Notes under the pieces: model-generated
Databases searched by the model: none
What the model was told of the DNA's origin: nothing
Seen by the model: the letters and a program-made list of their open reading frames with translations, nothing else
NCBI GenBank assembly: GCA_003133025.1
Contig: PKZK01000156.1
Location: 1-12,364, forward strand
Origin: Vulcanimicrobiota bacterium
Lineage (GTDB): Bacteria > Vulcanimicrobiota > Vulcanimicrobiia > Vulcanimicrobiales > Vulcanimicrobiaceae
Reading direction: 5' to 3'
DNA length: 12,364 nt
Made by a program: the position numbers and the translations under genes
In this document: one piece after another, positions 6,500-12,364 of the stretch
Position numbering within the stretch: the stretch's first letter is position 1
Layout of the letters: each line of letters opens with the position of its first letter

Positions 6500-7128
6500 C
6501 GCACGCCGCCGTTCGCGCACAGGCGCAAGAAGTTGTCGAGCAGGTTGGCGCCCGTGTGCCGGCTCTTCTCCGGATGGAATTGCGTGCCCATCACGTTCGC
6601 GCGCCCGGCGATGGCCGCGAAGCGTTCGCCGTGCTCGCACGCGGCCAAGGTCACCTCATCGACCGGAGCGCGAAACGAGTGCAGAAAGTAGGCGTAGTCG
6701 CCGGCGCGCAGGCCCGCGGTGAACGGATGCTCGCGCAGCGGCTCGAGCGCGTTCCAGCCCATGTGCGGCACGCGCGGCGCGCTCGTAAAACGGCTGACGC
6801 GGCCCGGGAAGAGGCCGAGGCCTCGGCGTTCGCCGTGTTCGTCGCTCGACTCGTAGAGGATCTGCATGCCCACGCAGATGCCCAAAAAGAGACCGTTACG
6901 CTGCGCGAGACGGAGCAGCGCTGAATCGAGGCCGCGTTCCTCGAGCGCGCGCATCGTGGCCCCGAACGCGCCGTCGCCGGGCACGATCGCTGCGGCGGCC
7001 GCATCGACCGCTTGCGGATCGTCGCTCACCGTGAAGGCGGCGCCGCGGCGCTCGAGCGCGGCCAGCAGCGAGCCGAGATTACCGCCGCCGAAATCGACGA
7101 CGACGAGCGAGCCCGCGGCGGCTCCTAT
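6496..7128 (-). CDS. hisH: Imidazole glycerol phosphate synthase, glutaminase subunit
   Basis: PGDGAF, GICVGMQ (catalytic Cys), VPHMGWN, YFLHSF, QFHPEKS. The conserved N-terminus VVVDFGGGNLGSL is in frame upstream of the ORF-track start, so the start is placed at ATA 7128 overlapping the hisB TAG. Confidence 0.93.
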   Translation of the reverse strand: MGAAAGSLVVVDFGGGNLGSLLAALERRGAAFTVSDDPQAVDAAAAAIVPGDGAFGATMRALEERGLDSALLRLAQRNGLFLGICVGMQILYESSDEHGERRGLGLFPGRVSRFTSAPRVPHMGWNALEPLREHPFTAGLRAGDYAYFLHSFRAPVDEVTLAACEHGERFAAIAGRANVMGTQFHPEKSRHTGANLLDNFLRLCANGGVR

Positions 7129-7712
7129 GCGAGCATGCCCTTCGTCGACGGAATCTCGCCGCCGCCGAGCGTCTTGGCTTGCGCGAACGCGCGCGCGAAC
7201 GCCTTGAACGAGGCCTCGCAGAGATGGTGCGCGTTGGAACCCGCGAGTTGGATCAGGTGCACGTTGAACTTCCCGTGCTCGGCCACGCTGTGGAAGAAAT
7301 GCGGCACCATCTCGGTCTTGAGGTCGCCGAGGTTTTCGACCGTGAAGCGCACCGCCACGTTGGAGTAGGCGCGGCCGGAGAGATCGACGCTGCCCAGCAC
7401 GAGCGCGTCGTCGAGCGGCACGGCGAGCGACCCGAAACGTGCGATGCCGCGTTTATCGCCGAGCGCTTCGGCGATCGCACTGCCCAGCGCGATGCCCACG
7501 TCTTCGACCAAGTGGTGGCCGTCGAGTCCGTCGCCCGTGGCGCGCAGTTGTAAGCCGACGCCGCCATGCACGCCGAACGCATGCAACATGTGATCGAGAA
7601 ACGTGACGTCGGACTTGACCGAGACCGGGCCACCGTCGAGGTTCAGCTCGAGTTCGATCGAGGTTTCGTTCGTCGTCCGGACGATGCGCGCTACGCGGGG
7701 TGCGGGAATCAG
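7125..7712 (-). CDS. hisB: Imidazoleglycerol-phosphate dehydratase
   Basis: RVARIVRTTNETSIELELNLDG (in frame upstream of the ORF-track start), FLDHML, DGHHLVEDVGI, PLDDAL, DLSGR, NAHHLCEASFKA, IPSTKG. Start is probably CTG 7712 or ATT 7709. Confidence 0.95.
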   Translation of the reverse strand: MIPAPRVARIVRTTNETSIELELNLDGGPVSVKSDVTFLDHMLHAFGVHGGVGLQLRATGDGLDGHHLVEDVGIALGSAIAEALGDKRGIARFGSLAVPLDDALVLGSVDLSGRAYSNVAVRFTVENLGDLKTEMVPHFFHSVAEHGKFNVHLIQLAGSNAHHLCEASFKAFARAFAQAKTLGGGEIPSTKGMLA

Positions 7713-8905
7713 GCGCTCCCCAAGAGCGACGACACGTCGTTGCCGTTCTTGCCGTTGCGGCCGCGCTGGTCGATCGGCGTGAAGGGCATGACCGGCGGAC
7801 CCGTGTAGGTGGCCTGCGGCCGGATCAACCGGTTGTCGGCCAACTGCTCGAGGATGTGCGCCGTCCAGCCGGCCATGCGACCGCAGGCGAACATGCAGGT
7901 GAATTCGTCGGCCGGAATGCCCAGGCTGTAGAGCGTCGGCGCGGTGTAGAACTCGACGTTGGCGTAGATGCGTTTGCCCGGCTTCTCTTCGTGCAGCACC
8001 TTATTGGCGGCGTCTTCGAGGGCGCGCGCGATCTCGTACCATTTCGGGTCGGAGGCTTCGCCCAATTCGCGCGCCATCGTCTCGAGATGCTGCGCGCGCG
8101 GGTCGCGCACTTTGTACTCGCGATGGCCCATGCCCATGATGCGCTCCCCGCGCGCGAGCAACTCGCGCACGTAGGCTTCCGCGCGTTCGGGCTTGCCGAT
8201 GTCGAGGATCATCTTCATCACCTTGCCCGGCGCGCCGCCGTGCAGGTCGCCTTCCAGCGTCGCGATGGCCGAGGTGGCCGCGGCGAAGATGTCGGCGCGC
8301 GTCGAAGCCGTGACGCGCCCCGCGAACGTCGAAGCGTTGTAGGAGTGATCCGCGAGCAAGACGAGGTACGCGTCGAGGGCGCGTTCGGCGGCCTTGATCG
8401 GAATCTCGCCGCTGCGCATGTAGAGAAAGTTGGCGGCGGTCGACAGATTGGGCAGCGGGTCGATCGGATCGAGATCGCGCCGGATGCGATCCCAGGCGGC
8501 GACGATCGACGGCGTCTTGGCGATCAGGTGGATCGCGGCTCGGGGGTTCGAGGCGTGCGCGCCCTCTTCCATGTAGGGCACGAAGAGCGCGAGGCCCGAG
8601 ATCATCGTGCGCAGCACGTCCATCGGCCAAGCGTCACGCGGCATCGATTGCATCCAGTCGATCAGCGGCTGGGGCAACATGCGGTTCGCGGTCAGCCGCA
8701 CGTTGAGGTCGGCGAGCTGGTACTTGTTCGGCAGCTGGCCGAACAGCATCAGGTAGCAGATTTCCTCAAAACCCGCGTGAGGCGCGAGATCGTGGATATC
8801 GTATCCCCGATAGGTGAGCCGGCCGGCCTCACCGTCGACGTTGGAAAGCTCGGTCTGGCCGACGACGACGCCCTCGAGGCCGCGGTCAACGATGGTCTGC
8901 GACAT
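7709..8905 (-). CDS. Citrate synthase family protein, B. subtilis CitA/CS-I-like (Glu in place of catalytic Asp)
   Basis: RGLEGVV, GRLTYRGY, DHSYNASTF, LHGGA, IMGMGHREYK..DPRA, YANVEFY, RMAGWTAH.LEQ, LIRP...YTG. Confidence 0.93.
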   Translation of the reverse strand: MSQTIVDRGLEGVVVGQTELSNVDGEAGRLTYRGYDIHDLAPHAGFEEICYLMLFGQLPNKYQLADLNVRLTANRMLPQPLIDWMQSMPRDAWPMDVLRTMISGLALFVPYMEEGAHASNPRAAIHLIAKTPSIVAAWDRIRRDLDPIDPLPNLSTAANFLYMRSGEIPIKAAERALDAYLVLLADHSYNASTFAGRVTASTRADIFAAATSAIATLEGDLHGGAPGKVMKMILDIGKPERAEAYVRELLARGERIMGMGHREYKVRDPRAQHLETMARELGEASDPKWYEIARALEDAANKVLHEEKPGKRIYANVEFYTAPTLYSLGIPADEFTCMFACGRMAGWTAHILEQLADNRLIRPQATYTGPPVMPFTPIDQRGRNGKNGNDVSSLLGSA

Positions 8906-8913
8906 ACCCGGGA

Positions 8914-8940
8914 AACGTTCGGGGACTAGGTGCAGTTTCC
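8914..8940 (-). promoter_or_regulatory. Candidate ECF-sigma-type promoter of a leaderless citrate synthase transcript
   Basis: Minus strand GGAAAC (8940-8935), 17 nt, CGTT (8917-8914), 8 nt, ATG 8905; no SD sequence. Confidence 0.4.
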
Positions 8941-8986
8941 ATCCAGTCCGACTTTGGTCACAGCCGGAACGCGACGGGCTCGCGCG

Positions 8987-9934
8987 CTAGTGCGCGTCGA
9001 CCAGCGTGCGGCCGCGGTCGAGGGCGGCGCGGACCAACTGGTCGATCAACGCTTCGAAGGTGATCCCGGCGGCCGCGCACTCGTCGGGGAAGAGGCTCGT
9101 GGGCGTGAGGCCGGGCAGCGAATTGATCTCCAGAATGTACGGCCGGCCCTCGCGCGTGACCATGATGTCGGTGCGCGAGTAATCGCGCAGGCCCAAGAGA
9201 CGGTGCGTCGAGAGCGCCAGGATCTGCAAGCGGTGCGCGAGATCCGAGGCGATCTTCGCGGGCACTTCGTGACGGCTGCCGCCGGGCGCGTACTTGGCGT
9301 CGTAATCGTAGAACTCGTGACCCTCCGGCACGATCTCGATCACGGGCAACGCGCGTTCGAAGAGCACGCCGCACGAAAACTCGCGACCTTCCACGAGTTC
9401 TTCGGCGAGCACGGCGCTGCGCTGTCCGGAGAGTTCGATCATCGCGCGCGACCACTCTTCGTGCGTGCGCACCATGCGCACGCCCGCGCTCGAGCCCTCG
9501 TTGCGCGGCTTGACCACCAGCGGTAAATTCAACGAGCCGGGCAAGAGCGGCAGCGTGCCGCCGGTGAAATCGTAGGTGTCCCACGAGGGCGTGGGCAGGC
9601 CTTCGGCCGAGAGCAGTTTCTTGGTGAGATGCTTGTCCATGGCTAGCGCGCTCGAACGCACGTCGCTGCCCGTATAGGGCACGCGCAACCACTCGAGTAC
9701 GGCTTGGAGCGTGCCGTCTTCGCCGCCCGGACCGTGCATCGCGATGAAGGCCACGTCGGGATTGGTCTCGCGGATCGCATCGACGAAACGCTCGTCGAAA
9801 TCGAGCCCGCGCGCTTCACAGCCCAGCGTTTCCAGCGCGCGCAACACGGCGTTGCCGGTCACGAGCGACACCTCGCGCTCCGTGTTGCGCCCGCCCATCA
9901 CCACCGCCACGCGCGGCCTCGTCCGATCGGTCAT
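8987..9934 (-). CDS. ddl: D-alanine--D-alanine ligase
   Basis: VAVVMGG..TEREVSL, HGPGGEDGTLQ, MDK..TK, VVKP..EGSS.G, FYDYDAKY, EINSLPGLT. Confidence 0.96.
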   Translation of the reverse strand: MTDRTRPRVAVVMGGRNTEREVSLVTGNAVLRALETLGCEARGLDFDERFVDAIRETNPDVAFIAMHGPGGEDGTLQAVLEWLRVPYTGSDVRSSALAMDKHLTKKLLSAEGLPTPSWDTYDFTGGTLPLLPGSLNLPLVVKPRNEGSSAGVRMVRTHEEWSRAMIELSGQRSAVLAEELVEGREFSCGVLFERALPVIEIVPEGHEFYDYDAKYAPGGSRHEVPAKIASDLAHRLQILALSTHRLLGLRDYSRTDIMVTREGRPYILEINSLPGLTPTSLFPDECAAAGITFEALIDQLVRAALDRGRTLVDAH

Positions 9935-9947
9935 CGCACGCCGGCCC

Positions 9948-10892
9948 TCACGAGAAGACGCCCACGAAATGCACTTCCAGTTCGAGTTCGACGCCGAACT
10001 TCTCGACGACCTCGCGGCGCACGCGGGCCAAGAGCGTGGCCACGTCGGCGGCGCTCGCGTCGCCGTGGTTGACGATGAAGTTGGCGTGCAGCGGCGAGAC
10101 CTCGGCGCCGCCCTCGCGCCAGCCCTTGGCGCCCGCGGCCTCGATCAGCCGTCCCGCCTTGTCGCCCTCGGGATTGCGGAAGCACGAACCGGCGTTGGGC
10201 AACTGCAGCGGTTGCGTCTTCTTGCGCCGCACGAGCCGTGACTGCATCTCCTCGCGCACGGCGACCTGGTCGCCAGCCGCAAAGCGCAAGGTAACGTCGG
10301 CCACGATCGCGTCGTGCGCGAGCGTGGTGTGGCGATAGAAATACTGCACGGTCACCGCCTGCGGTTCGGGCTTGGCCGGCGACTGCACGCGCACTTCGCG
10401 CACGAACTCGCCGATCTCGCGGTCGGTGCCCGCGTTCATGCGTAGCGCCCCGCCCACGCTGCCCGGAATTCCCGCGATCGAACCGATGCCTTCGGCGCCG
10501 CGCGACGCGGCTTGCGCGGTGAAGAGCGCGAGCGACGCCGACGCGCCCGCGCGCGCCGTCACGTAGCCCGCCTCGCCGTCGAGGAATTCGATGCGCGCGA
10601 ACTCGCCGCCGAGCCGGATCACGATGCCGCGAATCCCGCCGTCGCCGACGAGCAGATTGGAGCCGCTGCCCAAGACGAACCACGGCAATTTACGCTTGAA
10701 GACGTAACGCAGCAGCGCGGCCAGTTCCAGCGTATTCTCGACCTGCGCGAAGGCATCGGCCGGGCCGCCGATCTTCCACGACGTGTACGGCGCGAGCGCT
10801 TCATCGAAGCGCACGCGCTCGCCCAAGATGTCGCTCAGCGCGGCGCGCTCGGGCGCACCGAGCAGCGAGTCGGTCAGCGCCGCCGCATTCAC
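9948..10892 (-). CDS. murB: UDP-N-acetylenolpyruvoylglucosamine reductase
   Basis: YTSWKIGGPAD, LGSGSNLL, IPGSVGGALRMNAG, QPLQLPNAGSCFRNP, HANFIVN, LELEV. GTG 10892 overlaps the murC TGA. Confidence 0.96.
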   Translation of the reverse strand: MNAAALTDSLLGAPERAALSDILGERVRFDEALAPYTSWKIGGPADAFAQVENTLELAALLRYVFKRKLPWFVLGSGSNLLVGDGGIRGIVIRLGGEFARIEFLDGEAGYVTARAGASASLALFTAQAASRGAEGIGSIAGIPGSVGGALRMNAGTDREIGEFVREVRVQSPAKPEPQAVTVQYFYRHTTLAHDAIVADVTLRFAAGDQVAVREEMQSRLVRRKKTQPLQLPNAGSCFRNPEGDKAGRLIEAAGAKGWREGGAEVSPLHANFIVNHGDASAADVATLLARVRREVVEKFGVELELEVHFVGVFS

Positions 10893-12268
10893 GTCGCCAC
10901 CGCTTTGGGTTCGAGCGCTTCGGCCAAACGCGCGGCCGCCGCAGTGATCGAGCCCGCGCCCAAGCACAAGACCATCGCGCCCTGCGGCGCGCGTTCGAGC
11001 AGGTGCGCGGGCAAGTCGGCAACGTCGTCGACGTACTCGACGCGCGTGCCCGCGGCCGCGAGCGGCGCGCCGATGGTGCGCGCATCGATGCCGGCTTCGG
11101 GCGCTTCGGAGGCTGCGTAGACGGGCGCCAGCACGACGAGGTCCGCGCCGCGCAACGCGCGCGCGAAATCGGCGCCCAACTGCTTCGTACGCGAATAGCG
11201 ATGCGGCTGGAACGCGACGACGAGCGGTCCCGCGAAGCCCGCGCGCGCGGCGGCGAGCGTCGCTTCGACGGCGGTCGGGTGGTGCGCGTAGTCGTCGACG
11301 AGCAACATGCGCGGACCGCGCGAGAGGATCTCGAAGCGGCGGCGCACGCCGGGAAAACCTTCGAGCGCGGCCGCGGCCTGCGCGAAGGGTACGCCGAGTT
11401 CGAGCGCGATGCCCAGCGCCGGCAGCGCGTCGAGCACGTTGATCGAGCCGGGCACGTTGAGGCGCAACTCGCCCAGCGGCACGCCGTCGACCACGATCGT
11501 GCTGCGCGAGCCGAAACCGGCATAGCGCACGTCGAGCGCGCGCACGTCGGAGGGACCGAAACCGAACGTGCGCGTGCGCGCCGCGCGCGGCGGCCCGGCC
11601 AGCGCCGCAGCGCGTTCTTCGTCGATGCCGACGAAGGCTAGGCCGTCGGACGGCAAGCCCGCCAAAAAGGTCGCGAACTTGCCGATCAGCGCAGCGAACT
11701 CCGCAGCGGAATCGACGTGATCGTTATCGATGTTGGTCACGACCGCGATCTCGGGACGTAATTCGAGAAACGAACCGTCGGACTCGTCGCTTTCGGCAAC
11801 GAACCAAGGGCCGTCGCCGTTGCGCGCGTTGCTGCCCGTATCGATGCGTTCGCCGCCGACGGCGACGCTGGGATCGAGCCCCGCCGCCTCGAGCACGCGC
11901 GCGACCATCGCGGTGGTCGTCGTCTTACCGTGCGTTCCGGCGATGGCGATGCCGCGCCGTCCGTCCATCAACTGGGCGAGCAGCGCGCCGCGATGCACGA
12001 TCGGCACGTCGCGCTCGCGCGCCGCGACGACCTCGGGGTTTGCGTCGCCGATCGCAGTGCTGACCACCACCGTGCCCGCCGTACCGATGTTGCGCGCGTC
12101 GTGACCGATCGCGATCTGCGCGCCTTCCGCGGCCAGCCGCGCGGTCAGCGCGGTGGCGCGATCCGACGAACCGCTGACCGCAAAGCCGCGCTGCAGCAAG
12201 ATGCGCGCGAGCGCGGACATTCCGATGCCGCTGATGCCGACGAAATGAACCGCGGACGAGAGCCTCAC
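10889..12268 (-). CDS. murC: UDP-N-acetylmuramate--L-alanine ligase
   Basis: HFVGISGIGMSALA, P-loop AGTHGKTTTT, ESDESDGSF, TNIDNDH, GVRRRF, DDYAHHPT, FQPHRYSRT. Confidence 0.97.
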   Translation of the reverse strand: MRLSSAVHFVGISGIGMSALARILLQRGFAVSGSSDRATALTARLAAEGAQIAIGHDARNIGTAGTVVVSTAIGDANPEVVAARERDVPIVHRGALLAQLMDGRRGIAIAGTHGKTTTTAMVARVLEAAGLDPSVAVGGERIDTGSNARNGDGPWFVAESDESDGSFLELRPEIAVVTNIDNDHVDSAAEFAALIGKFATFLAGLPSDGLAFVGIDEERAAALAGPPRAARTRTFGFGPSDVRALDVRYAGFGSRSTIVVDGVPLGELRLNVPGSINVLDALPALGIALELGVPFAQAAAALEGFPGVRRRFEILSRGPRMLLVDDYAHHPTAVEATLAAARAGFAGPLVVAFQPHRYSRTKQLGADFARALRGADLVVLAPVYAASEAPEAGIDARTIGAPLAAAGTRVEYVDDVADLPAHLLERAPQGAMVLCLGAGSITAAAARLAEALEPKAVAT

Positions 12269-12364
12269 GGGCGAACGTAGTTCGGCCGGAGGAGGGCGTT
12301 CACCCGCGCTACGATGTTGGCGCGCGGATCGACGCCCGCCCGGCCGCGCGCGCCCGCGCGGCGG
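12265..12364 (-). CDS. 3' end of the upstream gene, probably murG (partial)
   Basis: Open frame RRAGARGRAGVDPRANIVARVNALLRPNYVRP* whose TGA overlaps the murC GTG. The murG identity is inferred only from conserved murG-murC order. Confidence 0.5.
   Translation of the reverse strand, partial: RRAGARGRAGVDPRANIVARVNALLRPNYVRP

Noticed and set aside
6500..6640. Upstream extension of hisA in the ORF track (likewise murB 10893..10967 and alr 3516..3575)
   Set aside because: Extensions overlap neighbouring genes or promoter space and precede the conserved N-terminal motifs.
7030..7712. hisB and hisH as truncated pseudogenes or frameshifted genes
   Set aside because: Both frames are open and retain conserved N-terminal and catalytic motifs up to the upstream stop codon; non-canonical initiation is the simpler explanation.
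8987..9934. ddl as a vancomycin-resistance D-Ala-D-Lac ligase
   Set aside because: It has the FYDYDAKY loop of D-Ala-D-Ala ligases, lies in the dcw cluster, and has no vanH/vanX neighbours.

Overview
GC-rich bacterial chromosomal window. No rRNA, tRNA, CRISPR array or mobile element is recognisable. Gene style suggests a soil Vulcanimicrobiota/Eremiobacterota-like organism (inference only). The right part (minus strand) is housekeeping: the end of a dcw cluster (probable murG 3' end, murC, murB, ddl) followed directly by a Glu-type citrate synthase and hisB-hisH-hisA. hisB and hisH have no canonical start codon and appear to start at CTG/ATT and ATA codons overlapping the upstream stop. The middle has alr translationally coupled to a copper-amine-oxidase-N/Ig-like protein, plus a small membrane protein. 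The left part is accessory: an ABATE/CGNR zinc-finger gene and a ~55-aa small ORF are transcribed from back-to-back sigma70-type promoters that share one -35 element and carry tandem TAAC...GTTA palindromes. Downstream of the CGNR gene lies a two-gene Rieske hydroxylase resembling methanesulfonate monooxygenase MsmA/MsmB, ending in a terminator with no ferredoxin or reductase. A secreted protein missed by the ORF track runs off the left edge.
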